IMG/VR virus record: IMGVR_UViG_3300013947_000003
Location: 32,923-96,922 of that record
Strand: one strand, 5' to 3'
DNA: 64,000 bases
Origin: a virus
Positions 37,175-47,197 of the stretch are shown piece after piece. The notes beneath the pieces are model-generated. The model searched no databases and had not been told where the DNA came from. It saw nothing but the letters and a program-made list of their open reading frames with translations. How positions within the stretch are numbered: the first letter of the stretch is position 1; each line of letters begins with the position of its first letter. Position numbers and translations under genes: made by a program.

Positions 37175-37770
37175 AAATATCGGATCACACCAAAGCAACA
37201 ATATTTAAATTTTTAACAACTGCTGATATTGTCCATCAATATAAGACGGACTACTCAATATCTTTAGTATATAATAATATGTGTTTTCCTAAAATATTAA
37301 GAAAGGAGATTGATATTGGTAATTTAGGAAATATAATAAGGGGTATACCTTTAAATATAGATCGTTGTCTTTTAAAAGTATCTTCAGTTTTAAAAACAAT
37401 AAAATATGCTCCAAGAACTAAATTAGCATTTTATAGTGTTGATAACAGTCTTAGATATTTTATTGGATGTGGATGTATATTCAATGACAAATTAGATCCC
37501 GTTTTACTATCATATTGTAATAAAACGGATCTGTTTGGAAGACAACATGCAAATTGTTTATATGCAAATATATATATAAATGCTTCGTTTATTAATAATA
37601 ACAATAAACTGAATAATTTTATAAGTAAAAAAATCATTCCAGTAGCTACAATATATAAACATAATGTTACTATACTAGATGATTCTAAAATGCGATCATT
37701 AGTATTTAAACCTAATAATGTTGGAACTGATAAAAATACTTGTTGGCATATGATAAATCTGCGACAATAA
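37171..37770 (+). CDS. Hypothetical 199-aa protein, last gene of the E2-like/JAB/E1 operon
   Basis: ATGA overlap with the E1-like gene. Confidence 0.55.
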   Translation: MKISDHTKATIFKFLTTADIVHQYKTDYSISLVYNNMCFPKILRKEIDIGNLGNIIRGIPLNIDRCLLKVSSVLKTIKYAPRTKLAFYSVDNSLRYFIGCGCIFNDKLDPVLLSYCNKTDLFGRQHANCLYANIYINASFINNNNKLNNFISKKIIPVATIYKHNVTILDDSKMRSLVFKPNNVGTDKNTCWHMINLRQ

Positions 37771-37785
37771 TTCAAATTTAATTAG

Positions 37786-37793
37786 TACCTTTG
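37786..37793 (+). promoter_or_regulatory. Bacteroidota-type -7 element TACCTTTG
   Basis: Lies within the shared motif CTTTGCATA, 19 nt before ATG 37812. Confidence 0.45.
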
Positions 37794-37811
37794 CATATAA
37801 ATATTTTTATT

Positions 37812-38282
37812 ATGAAAACCGATATAAAGAAAATTACTTTTACAGAAGAGGAGTTTTCGAAATTCCTTATTGATTTGATTACAGATCCCAGTAAAGTATG
37901 CAGAGTTATAGATGAAAAGCTACAAAAACCCAATGCTCTGGACTTATACAGAAGAGCCATTGAAAAACTTGCATCTAAACTCAATTGGAAACCTGAAAAG
38001 CTTCTTAATATTCTAGATAGATTGAAAGAAGTCAATATTGTAGCAACGTTCTCCTTCATACTTAAACAAATAGCTATAGAGCTTGATAAAAAGTACGAAG
38101 ATCATATTATGCAAAGCCCCGAGCTTTACTGTATAAGCCTTTTTGATGGGACTATCTGTAAAATAACTCCCATTAAACATGGAAACTATTCTAATATAAC
38201 ATTATTCAGATCTGAAGAAGATGCTAAGACAGCTATAGAAGCACTAGAACCCATATATAAATTAATGTTTCCTGATGAATAA
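37812..38282 (+). CDS. Hypothetical 156-aa protein
   Basis: First ATG of track ORF 37791..38282. Confidence 0.5.
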   Translation: MKTDIKKITFTEEEFSKFLIDLITDPSKVCRVIDEKLQKPNALDLYRRAIEKLASKLNWKPEKLLNILDRLKEVNIVATFSFILKQIAIELDKKYEDHIMQSPELYCISLFDGTICKITPIKHGNYSNITLFRSEEDAKTAIEALEPIYKLMFPDE

Positions 38283-38781
38283 AAAAATTAGGAATGCAAC
38301 TATAATCAAACAGAAGAATATTACGTTTAAATCTCAGTTGGAGAAGACTATTTATAATGCTCTTCAACAACTGGGATTTAAACCGCAATATGAACCTAAA
38401 ACCTTTACTTTAATTGATGCTTTTGAAGCAAAAACTCCGTATTATGATAAGGAAACTGATAATCAATTAAAGAAAAGAAGAGAATTGGGGGATACTTCTG
38501 CAAGAAAACTAGTTAAGAAATCAAATAAATTTCAAGGTATTAGATATACTCCGGATTTTTACTTTAAATATCAAGGAGTTGATATTTACATAGAATCTAA
38601 AGGGTTTGAAAATGATATTTTTCCTATAAAGAAAAAACTATTTCTTAGATATTTAAACACCGTAAAAACACCTTCTATGTACTTTGAAGTTTATACAAAA
38701 AAACAATTGTTACAAGCTATAGATATTATAAAAGATGCAACCACTATATTAGATAAGAATGCTACTTCCAGCACTTCCTGA
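38275..38781 (+). CDS. PD-(D/E)xK nuclease (DUF1064/resolvase-like)
   Basis: IRYTPDFYF..DIYIESKG motif. Confidence 0.55.
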   Translation: MNKKIRNATIIKQKNITFKSQLEKTIYNALQQLGFKPQYEPKTFTLIDAFEAKTPYYDKETDNQLKKRRELGDTSARKLVKKSNKFQGIRYTPDFYFKYQGVDIYIESKGFENDIFPIKKKLFLRYLNTVKTPSMYFEVYTKKQLLQAIDIIKDATTILDKNATSSTS

Positions 38782-38989
38782 GAAGGATTTTAAAATCTGT
38801 AGTAAATATCTTGAAAACAGAAGGTTTCAAGATATTCTAGAGATTGTAGAGTCTGATATATATAAACTTAGAAAAACTTTTGGTGATACTGAAGGAGATT
38901 ACCTAAAGCAAGAAGCTGCTGTTGAAGATTTAGAGAGTTTACGTTATGCTTTAATAGAATATATTTCATATATAGACATCGATGATTAA
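38759..38989 (+). CDS. Hypothetical 76-aa protein
   Basis: Track ORF. Confidence 0.45.
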   Translation: MLLPALPEKDFKICSKYLENRRFQDILEIVESDIYKLRKTFGDTEGDYLKQEAAVEDLESLRYALIEYISYIDIDD

Positions 38990-40028
38990 ATCATTAAAAG
39001 AAATTAGCTGGAGTGTATCAGAAGATACATATAGAAAAGATCCGGCTTTATCCTATTCTACATTAGCAAAGTTTGAAAGGGAGGGCTTTAATAAACTTGA
39101 TAGCTTATTTGATCATATAGATACTCCATCCCTAACTTTTGGTTCTGCTGTAGATAGTATTATTACAGGAGGAGAAGAAGAATTTAATGCCAGATTTATG
39201 GTAGCAACTTTTCCTAATGTTCCTGATTCTATAATAAGTATAATAAAACATGCTTTTGAAGTATATAAAGAACAGTATACTTCTTTAGAAGATATTCCCA
39301 GCAATGTATTACTACCTATTATAGATAGTCATAACTATCAACAAAATTGGAAACCTGAAACAAGAGTTAAAGTTGTTAAGGAGAAGGGAGAGGAGTATTA
39401 TAAACTTCTGTATATAGCCCAAGATAAAACTATATTATCTCAAGATGTATATCAAGATGTTATAAATGCTGTAAATGTTTTAAAAGAAAGCCCCTCTACA
39501 AGCCAGTATTTTATAAACAATCCTTTTGGTAATGTAGAACAACTTTATCAACTAAAGTTTAAACATACATTCAATAATATCAACTACAGAGGAATGATGG
39601 ATCTTATAATAGTAGATCATGATAAAAAGTTAGTCATTCCTGTAGACTTAAAAACATCGGGTAAACCTGAATGGGAATTTTATAAAAGTTTTGCTGATTG
39701 GAGATATGACATACAAAGCCGTCTGTATTGGAGATTACTTAGGGCCAATATGGACGAAGATGATTACTTTAAAGATTTTAAACTTACAAATTACAGATTT
39801 ATAGTTGTTAATAGAAAAACTTTAACACCTTTAGTTTGGGAGTTTACTGATACACAAGCTGCAGGCGAGTTAGTGTATGGTACAGGTTTTGCTATTAAGA
39901 TGAGAGATCCTTTTGTTATAGGTGAAGAACTCCAGGAGTATCTGGAATCTAAACCTAGAGTACCTAAGGATATCTATGAAGATAAACCTAATGATTTAAT
40001 AAAATGGATTAACAAAATAAACAATTAG
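38982..40028 (+). CDS. RecB/YqaJ-family PD-(D/E)xK exonuclease; TAG stop
   Basis: MMDLIIVD..VIPVDLKTSGK..YDIQSRLY motifs. Confidence 0.6.
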   Translation: MIKSLKEISWSVSEDTYRKDPALSYSTLAKFEREGFNKLDSLFDHIDTPSLTFGSAVDSIITGGEEEFNARFMVATFPNVPDSIISIIKHAFEVYKEQYTSLEDIPSNVLLPIIDSHNYQQNWKPETRVKVVKEKGEEYYKLLYIAQDKTILSQDVYQDVINAVNVLKESPSTSQYFINNPFGNVEQLYQLKFKHTFNNINYRGMMDLIIVDHDKKLVIPVDLKTSGKPEWEFYKSFADWRYDIQSRLYWRLLRANMDEDDYFKDFKLTNYRFIVVNRKTLTPLVWEFTDTQAAGELVYGTGFAIKMRDPFVIGEELQEYLESKPRVPKDIYEDKPNDLIKWINKINN

Positions 40029-40030
40029 TA

Positions 40031-40928
40031 ATGAAAGTATTAAAAAGAGATGGGACTCTTGAAATGTTTAACCCTGATAAAATTATAGCAGCTGTAGAAG
40101 CAGCCTATAAATCACAGGGTAAAACTATGGGAAGTGATGTGTTATTAAGTCTTAAGGGCATTATTAATATTCATGGGGAAATTATAAGTGTTGAAACTAT
40201 TCAGGATAAAGTAGAAAAGATACTTATAGACCTTGCACCTTATGATGTTGCTAAATCTTATATTATATATAGGGAAGCACATAATCAATCTAGATTTGTT
40301 AGAGAAAGACTTGATTATATGAATAAATATGCTAATTCTTCAGATAATGCAGCTACTTCATCAGAAACAGATGCCAATGCTAATGTTTCTATGAAGAATG
40401 TAGCTAATCTTGAAGGAGAAGTATATAAAACTACTAATAGAATTATTCAGAGGCAACGCATGAAAGATAAACTTAACGAACTCTTCCCTGAAGTTGCTAA
40501 ACAGTATGAAAAAGACTTAAATGATCATATTATATATGTCCATGATGAGGCTTCTAGTCCTACTTTAAAATATTATTGCTGTGCAGTAACCCTCTATCCA
40601 TTAATGGTTGAAGGGGTTGGTAATATAGACGGTATTACTCCAATACCCCCTAATGATATACAATCTTTCAGTGGGCAAATTACTAACCTTGCATTTCTAC
40701 TATCTTCACAATGTAAGGGTGCAGTAGCTTTTGGAGATTATTTTATCGCACTTAATTATTATGTAATTAAAGAATTTGGTCCTAAGTGGTATGAAAAAGT
40801 AAATGAAGTTGTCACTAATGAGTATTATATAGAAAAGCATACTATGGCTCACTATATAAGAAAAGGTATGAAACAATTTATATATGGAGTAAATCAACCT
40901 GCTGGTAATAGAAGTTATAATTCTCCGT
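40031..40928 (+). CDS. nrdD: Anaerobic ribonucleoside-triphosphate reductase NrdD, exon 1 (ATP-cone plus N-terminal core)
   Basis: MKVLKRDGTLEMFNPDKI is an ATP-cone. The reading frame hits TAA 3 nt after the proposed splice site. Confidence 0.8.
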
Positions 40929-40977
40929 GGTAAAAATAAAACTTTTTTTGTCATTTGGTTGATTAGGAATTTTTTAT

Positions 40978-40985
40978 TAACTTTG
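40978..40985 (+). promoter_or_regulatory. Bacteroidota-type -7 element TAACTTTG inside the intron
   Basis: Same CTTTGCATA context as at 37786, 18 nt before the HNH ATG. Confidence 0.4.
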
Positions 40986-41002
40986 CATAAAGATTATAAA
41001 TT

Positions 41003-42115
41003 ATGCAAAGAAAAGATAGAAAATTTAATAAAACTCCAGAATGGTTATACGAACAATATGTTTTAAAGGAAAAACCTAGGACAGAAATAGCCAAAGAATG
41101 TGGAGTATCTGAAGCTGGATTAAAAAGTGTTTTAATAAAATACAATATTAAAAAAATTCCATTTGTACGCCCTATAAAAGAAATAAAACAATATTTGCAA
41201 GAAGGAAAATCCGTTACTGAAATATCTAAATTATTAAAATGTGGTAAAACTACTATATATAGAGTAATGAAGGATTCAAATTTATCTATTAACTATACAC
41301 CTGATTATAAACAATATGATAGTAGCAAAGACGAATTAATAATTTCACTATATTTAGAAGGATATTCTTCTACAGAAATTGCGAAAGCTCTTAATAGTAC
41401 ACACACAACTATTATAAAGCATCTAAAACACAATAATATTCCCATAAGAAGTTTTGTAGAATGTCAATTTAATCACTTGAACAAAGAGATTCCTAAAGAG
41501 CTAATCTCTTATAAGTTATTACATCAGCTCTATATAATAGAGCATAAAAGCAAAAAAGAAATAGCAAATTCATTAAATGTTGATGCTGGAACCATTAATA
41601 CTGCTTTAAAAAAGTTTAATATTCATATAAGAGGAAATTCTGAGTCTAAAATAGGTTTAAAATGTGGAGAAAACCACCATAATTGGAAAAATGGCATAAC
41701 TCCATTACATTTAAGACTTAGAGAAGCTTTTGGGGTACAATTAACGAACCAAGTGCTGAAAAGAGATGGTTACAAGTGTACAAAATGTGGAACTAAAGGT
41801 AAATTACATGTACATCATATAAGACACTTTAAAGATATTTTATGGGAAATAATAAATGAACATCCGACTTTAGATATACAAAAAGATGTAAATACTTTAT
41901 ATGACATTATAGTAAAGGATACTAGATTTTTAGATTTAAATAACTTAATAACCCTTTGCCCTAATTGTCATTATGAAGAGCATAGTAAGAAACATTGTTT
42001 TGCGGAGAATAAACGTAGTGAATTGCTGGAAAATCCAGAAGTGGACAATCAGCAGCCGAGCATTAATAACAATGAAGGTCCAGAGACTATTCCAAAAGGA
42101 AGTACACTCAAGTGA
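41003..42115 (+). CDS. HNH homing endonuclease with four N-terminal HTH repeats
   Basis: CTKCGTKGKLHVHHIRHF..NLITLCPNCH. Repeated segments xTEIAKxxxV/SxxTIxxxLKKxNI. Confidence 0.8.
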   Translation: MQRKDRKFNKTPEWLYEQYVLKEKPRTEIAKECGVSEAGLKSVLIKYNIKKIPFVRPIKEIKQYLQEGKSVTEISKLLKCGKTTIYRVMKDSNLSINYTPDYKQYDSSKDELIISLYLEGYSSTEIAKALNSTHTTIIKHLKHNNIPIRSFVECQFNHLNKEIPKELISYKLLHQLYIIEHKSKKEIANSLNVDAGTINTALKKFNIHIRGNSESKIGLKCGENHHNWKNGITPLHLRLREAFGVQLTNQVLKRDGYKCTKCGTKGKLHVHHIRHFKDILWEIINEHPTLDIQKDVNTLYDIIVKDTRFLDLNNLITLCPNCHYEEHSKKHCFAENKRSELLENPEVDNQQPSINNNEGPETIPKGSTLK

Positions 42116-42239
42116 GTGGAAGTGCTACGCTCTATTTAGAATATTCTATTTAGATGAAGATATAGTCCAAACTCTATAGTAATATAGAGAAGTTCATAAG
42201 AGAACTGCATAGAATTAACGACTCTATGTGAATATAATG

Positions 42240-43504
42240 TTACAAACGTTTCTTACTACGATAAATATTACTTCAAATCTTTGTTTGAAAACTTTAAATA
42301 TCCCGATGGAACAGAACCAGAATGGAAGGCTATAGATACTTTACAGAGAATGTTTATGCAACTTCATAGGGAATTAAGACTTATAAAACCATTAACTTTC
42401 CCTGTAAGTACAATGGCTCTTGTATATGATGATCAAGACTATCTAGATAAAGAATATAAAGAGTTATGTGCAGAAGAATGGGCAAAAGGAGGAAGTTTCT
42501 TCCTATATAGCAACAACAACCCAACATCTTTGGCAAGTTGCTGTAGAGTTTTGTCCGAAATAACCGATAATACCTTTAGTTCTACTACAGGTATGGCAGG
42601 TATTATGACTGGTTCTTGTAATGTCATTACATTGAATATCAATAGAATAGTACAAGATTGGTATAGAACACTTCCTAATGGCTATGTATATGGAGATTAT
42701 CAAGGTCTTAAAGATTATATTAAAGTCATATTAGAACGTGTATATAAGTATCACATAGCTTTCAAAACAATGCTCTATGATTTAGAGAATAAAGGTATGT
42801 TTGCCGCATCTAATGGAGGATACATTTATATGAGAAAGCTATATAGTACTATAGGTATTATAGGGTACTTTGAAGCTGCTAAGTTTTTAGGAATTACTCC
42901 TAATAATAATGAAGAATATAAACACTTTTTACAAGCAATTCTTGGTGTAGTAAAAGAAGAAAATACAGCACATTCTATAAGAGATAAAAAGCGCCCTATT
43001 TTATTTAATTTTGAAGCTATTCCTGGTGAGAATTTAGCAGTAAAATTATATAATTGGGATAAAAAAGACAACTATGTAGTTCCTAAAGATCAAAATTTGT
43101 ATAATTGTTATTTCTATAATCCTTGGGATAATACGTCTATCTTAGATAAAATTAAACTGCATGGCAAAGAAACTAGTAAATTAACCTCAGGAGGCCAAGC
43201 TTGTCATCTTAATTTAGACGAACATCTATCTAAAAAGCAGTATTTACAACTTATGGATATATTTAGAACAGAAGGCGCTAATTATGTAACTTTTAATATA
43301 CCTATGAGTGAGTGTAAAGAGTGTGGATGTACAGTTAATGCCCCCATTATAGAATGCCCTAAGTGCAAGTCTAAAAATATAAAGTGGTGGACGCGCATAA
43401 TTGGTTATCTTACCAGTGTAGATGCTTGGTCTAAACCTAGACAAGAAGAGTTTAAAAAGAGAGTATATGCTAAAATATCTAGAGACACAGATAACATTCA
43501 GTGA
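42240..43504 (+). CDS. nrdD: NrdD exon 2 (C-terminal core, Zn ribbon, glycyl-radical loop)
   Basis: CKECG..CPKC Zn ribbon and the RIIGYL glycyl-radical motif. Confidence 0.8.
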
Positions 43505-43943
43505 AATACCTGATGAAGTTGTGTTATGTATCAACATAACAGGATGCCCCAATTATTGTGAAGGTTGCCATAGTCCTCAATTACTTGAGGATATTGGAGA
43601 GCCCCTTGATCTCGAGCATTTAACAAATCTTATTGATGCTAGTATAGGCATTACTTGTGTATGTTTTATGGGTGGTGATGCTAATCCCAGTGAAGTAGAT
43701 GACATAGCACAGGATATTAAAGAATACTATCCAAAGCTTAAAGTGGGGTGGTATAGTGGGAAAAACACAATAAGTAAAGAAATCAGCTTATATTATTTTG
43801 ATTATATTAAAGTGGGTCCTTATATAAAAGATTTGGGGCCGCTTAATTCAAAAACAACAAACCAAAAAATGTATCAGGTAATACATACAAGTGTTGGTAA
43901 GGATAAATTAATAGATATTACACATAAATTCTGGAAAGTATGA
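43467..43943 (+). CDS. nrdG: Anaerobic RNR activating protein NrdG (radical SAM)
   Basis: CPNYCEGC (CxxxCxxC) cluster. The internal ATG of track ORF 43422 is used. Confidence 0.75.
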   Translation: MLKYLETQITFSEIPDEVVLCINITGCPNYCEGCHSPQLLEDIGEPLDLEHLTNLIDASIGITCVCFMGGDANPSEVDDIAQDIKEYYPKLKVGWYSGKNTISKEISLYYFDYIKVGPYIKDLGPLNSKTTNQKMYQVIHTSVGKDKLIDITHKFWKV

Positions 43944-44122
43944 TTAAGAAAATTCATAAAGAATATTTAGAAGGGGATTACGCTATATGTATATCCACAT
44001 TAAAAATTTTTGGCATAACGATATATGTTAATAGAACATATACAACTAATAAAAACATCATTTCTTCATTAACTAAATTAAAAACTAAAACATTAGGATT
44101 TAACAATGAAATTAAAGATTAA
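43940..44122 (+). CDS. Hypothetical 60-aa protein
   Basis: Track ORF with an ATGA overlap. Confidence 0.4.
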   Translation: MIKKIHKEYLEGDYAICISTLKIFGITIYVNRTYTTNKNIISSLTKLKTKTLGFNNEIKD

Positions 44123-44636
44123 AATTAAAAAGATAGGTAATGCCTATCTACCTAGAGAAATTAAAAAGGGAGACTGGATTGATCTTTCTGCTGCATGTGA
44201 TGTTTATTTTAAAGGCCCTCAATCCGAGACTTTAAAGCGTAAAACAGTTAATGGCATAACAACTGCCACTAGAGATGTTGTTTTTAGTAAAAAGATGGTA
44301 CCTCTTGGTGTAGCAATGAAATTGCCTAAAGGGTTTGAAGCCCTATTAATAGTTAGAAGTAGTCTACAAAAACAATGGCTTATTCAAGCTAATTCTATGG
44401 GTATTATAGACAATAGTTATAATGGTAATAATGATGAATGGAAACTGCCATTAATTGCTTTAAAGGAGACAGTAATACCTGAAGGCACAAGAGTGTGTCA
44501 ATTTAGAATTCAACTTAGTCAAAAAGCTAATATTTGGCAAAAGTTGAAATGGTTATTTACTAATGGTATTAAAATAGAAGAAGTGCAAGATTTAGAGAAT
44601 GTTGATAGAGGAGGCTTTGGAAGCACTGGAGTATGA
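44106..44636 (+). CDS. dut: dUTPase
   Basis: GIIDNSYNGNNDEW and the C-terminal RGGFGSTG motifs. Confidence 0.8.
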   Translation: MKLKIKIKKIGNAYLPREIKKGDWIDLSAACDVYFKGPQSETLKRKTVNGITTATRDVVFSKKMVPLGVAMKLPKGFEALLIVRSSLQKQWLIQANSMGIIDNSYNGNNDEWKLPLIALKETVIPEGTRVCQFRIQLSQKANIWQKLKWLFTNGIKIEEVQDLENVDRGGFGSTGV

Positions 44637-45154
44637 TGTTATGGGCAATAATTGGCTGCATGGCAGCATTTATTATAATACTAACAATAAAGTTTATTGT
44701 ATATAAACATATTAACTATATATCTTTACAAGAATCATTAAATCTTATAGGATTACCCGTGATAACTCTAGAATCTGAAGGACATAAGCTAAATTTCATT
44801 TTAGATACCGGAAGTAATGAATCTCATGTAAGTAAAGAAGCATTTGAGAAACTATGTGTAGAAAAACGTAAAACAGAAACACAAGTATATGGAGCAGGAG
44901 GTATAGCATTGTCTGTAGGTAAAGCAGACATAGAATTTACATATAAAAATGCTACATATTTAACTACATTAATAATCTCCCCCTCCCTCGATGCTACTTT
45001 TAAAGCAATTAAAGATTCTGAAGGCGCTAGTATACACGGAATTTTAGGAAATGATTTCCTTATAAAATATTCTTATATAATGGACTTTGAAAGTTTAGTT
45101 GTCTATTCTAAGCGAAATAAATATAAAATATTTTGGGACTGGTTTAAAATATAA
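44633..45154 (+). CDS. Membrane-anchored retropepsin-like aspartic protease
   Basis: N-terminal TM segment, FILDTGSNESHV (D-T-G) and ILGNDFL flap-like motifs. Confidence 0.6.
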   Translation: MMLWAIIGCMAAFIIILTIKFIVYKHINYISLQESLNLIGLPVITLESEGHKLNFILDTGSNESHVSKEAFEKLCVEKRKTETQVYGAGGIALSVGKADIEFTYKNATYLTTLIISPSLDATFKAIKDSEGASIHGILGNDFLIKYSYIMDFESLVVYSKRNKYKIFWDWFKI

Positions 45155-45157
45155 TAA

Positions 45158-47197
45158 ATGGTATATTTAGTAACAACTGAAAATAGATTAGTTGATACTT
45201 CCTATAAGATAATAAGTGTTGAGGAGTCTTTAAAGCTCCTCAGCACATTATCTATAGTGGGTTTAGATACTGAAACCTCAGGGTTAGACTGCCACAATGA
45301 CACATTATTATCTTTGCAATTAGGTTGCTATGATTTTCAAGTTGTAGTGGACTGCACTAAAATAAACATCCTACTATATAAAGACTATCTAGAATCTAAT
45401 AGAGAATTCTTGTTTTGGAATGCTAAATTTGATTTGAAATGGCTTTATAAATATAATATTATTCCTAAGAAAGTTTATGATGGTTATTTAGCAGAAAAAC
45501 TTATGTATTTAGGGTATCCTTCGGGGTATCACAGTATGTCGTTAAAATCTGCTGGTGAACAGTATTTAAACATAGAATTGGATAAAACTATAAGAGGACA
45601 GATTATCTGGAAAGGCTTAACAGATGACGTTATTATATATGCAGCTAAAGACGTTCAATATCTAGAGAAAATAAAGAATGCTCAATATAAAGAACTTAGT
45701 AAAAAAGAACTATTAACTGCTATAGAATATGAAAATAAGTTTGTCTTAGCACTAGCTTATGAAGAATTTTGTGGAGTAAAACTAGATCAAGAAAAGTGGT
45801 TAAATAAAATGAAATCAGATAAAGCAGCTTTAAATGAAGCAGAAACAGCTTTAAATAATTTCATTATAAATCTTGCTAAAACAGACAACAATTTTAAGAA
45901 ATTTACGTTTATAAACACACAAGGAGATTTATTTGAAGGGTTTGATTTAACTCCTAAATGTACTATAAATTGGAATAGTGCGCAACAAGTAATTGAAGTA
46001 TTTACTTTATTGGGATTTAATCTATTATCTAAAGATAAAAAAACTGGACAAATGAAATCTTCAGTTGATGCTAAAATAATAAAACCACAAAAGGACTTAT
46101 CACCTATTGCTCCTATATATCTCAAATATAAAGCAGCACAAAAAGTAGTGAGTACTTATGGTCAAAATGTTTTAGACCAAGTCGACAAAAAAACAGGAAG
46201 GCTCTATACGCAATTTAACCAACTTGGCGCAGATACAACTAGAATAACCTCAGGAGGAAAGGACGGGAAGAAGGAATACATTAACTTCTTAAATATGCCG
46301 TCTGATGAAATGACTCGTTCTTGTTTTGTGGCAGAACTTAATAATAATTGGATATCAATAGATTATGTGGGTCAAGAAACTTACTTAATGGCATCTATAG
46401 CAAATGATAAAGCTATTCTTAAAGAACTTAATGAAGGCTCTGGAGATATTCATTCTTTAACTGCCTATATGACATATAAAGAAATTCCTAGAGATACTCC
46501 TATTAAAGAAGTCAAGAAGAAATACCATAATCTTAGACAAGAAGCTAAAGGTATTGAATTTTCAATTAATTACGGCGGAAATGCAGACACTATAGCAAGA
46601 AATAAAGGAATACCTTTAGAAGAAGCTAATAAAATCTATAATGAATATATGTCGGGTTTTAAAGGACTTAAAAAATATCAAAACTTTAGAAGAAAAGATT
46701 GGTTTGATAAAGGTTATATTTTATTAAGTCCATTAACAGGACATAAAGCATTTATATATGATTATGAAGACCTTAAAACAACACAAGAATCTTTCAAAGA
46801 ACCCGGATTTTGGGATTATTATAGAGAAATGAAAAAGAATTCTCCTATGTGTGATACTGTACAAAACGTAAAACACTTCTTTAAAAGAAAATCCGAAAAT
46901 GAGAGGTGCAGTATTAACTTTCCTATACAAGCTGCAGGTTCTTTTTGTTTAAGAGTTTCTATGATTAATTTCTTTGAATGGCTCAGAAAAGAAAATTTAT
47001 TATTTAAAGTTCTTATATGTATAACTCCTTACGATGAATTTGATGTAGAAGCTCCTAAAGGAATCGCCGAAAGAGTTGCATTAAAGCTTAAAGAATTTAT
47101 GGTAAAAGCTGGTGCATATTTTTGCGATAAATGCAAACTAGATGCCGATATAAGTTATGATAAAAATGGCCATCTTCCAACTTATTGGATACATTAA
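45158..47197 (+). CDS. polA: Family A DNA polymerase with 3'-5' exonuclease domain
   Basis: Exo I GLDTETSG, Exo II WNAKFDLKWL, Exo III YAAKDV. Pol motif A SIDYVGQE, motif B RQEAKGIEFSINYG, motif C PYDEF. Confidence 0.85.
   Translation: MVYLVTTENRLVDTSYKIISVEESLKLLSTLSIVGLDTETSGLDCHNDTLLSLQLGCYDFQVVVDCTKINILLYKDYLESNREFLFWNAKFDLKWLYKYNIIPKKVYDGYLAEKLMYLGYPSGYHSMSLKSAGEQYLNIELDKTIRGQIIWKGLTDDVIIYAAKDVQYLEKIKNAQYKELSKKELLTAIEYENKFVLALAYEEFCGVKLDQEKWLNKMKSDKAALNEAETALNNFIINLAKTDNNFKKFTFINTQGDLFEGFDLTPKCTINWNSAQQVIEVFTLLGFNLLSKDKKTGQMKSSVDAKIIKPQKDLSPIAPIYLKYKAAQKVVSTYGQNVLDQVDKKTGRLYTQFNQLGADTTRITSGGKDGKKEYINFLNMPSDEMTRSCFVAELNNNWISIDYVGQETYLMASIANDKAILKELNEGSGDIHSLTAYMTYKEIPRDTPIKEVKKKYHNLRQEAKGIEFSINYGGNADTIARNKGIPLEEANKIYNEYMSGFKGLKKYQNFRRKDWFDKGYILLSPLTGHKAFIYDYEDLKTTQESFKEPGFWDYYREMKKNSPMCDTVQNVKHFFKRKSENERCSINFPIQAAGSFCLRVSMINFFEWLRKENLLFKVLICITPYDEFDVEAPKGIAERVALKLKEFMVKAGAYFCDKCKLDADISYDKNGHLPTYWIH

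Larger units (their letters stand above)
40929..42239 (+). mobile_element. Group I intron (1311 nt) carrying an HNH homing endonuclease
   Basis: The exon 1 nucleotide before the intron is U (40928) and the last intron nucleotide is G (42239). Joining them gives ..NSP-F-TNVSYYD, restoring the conserved SPFTN motif. Confidence 0.7.

Noticed and set aside
40929-42239. Intein rather than intron in nrdD (and likewise in the RNAP at 58582-59467)
   Set aside because: The host reading frame hits stop codons immediately after the junction. The endonuclease ORFs are in separate frames with their own starts. The boundaries follow the group I rule of U before the 5' splice site and G as the last intron base.
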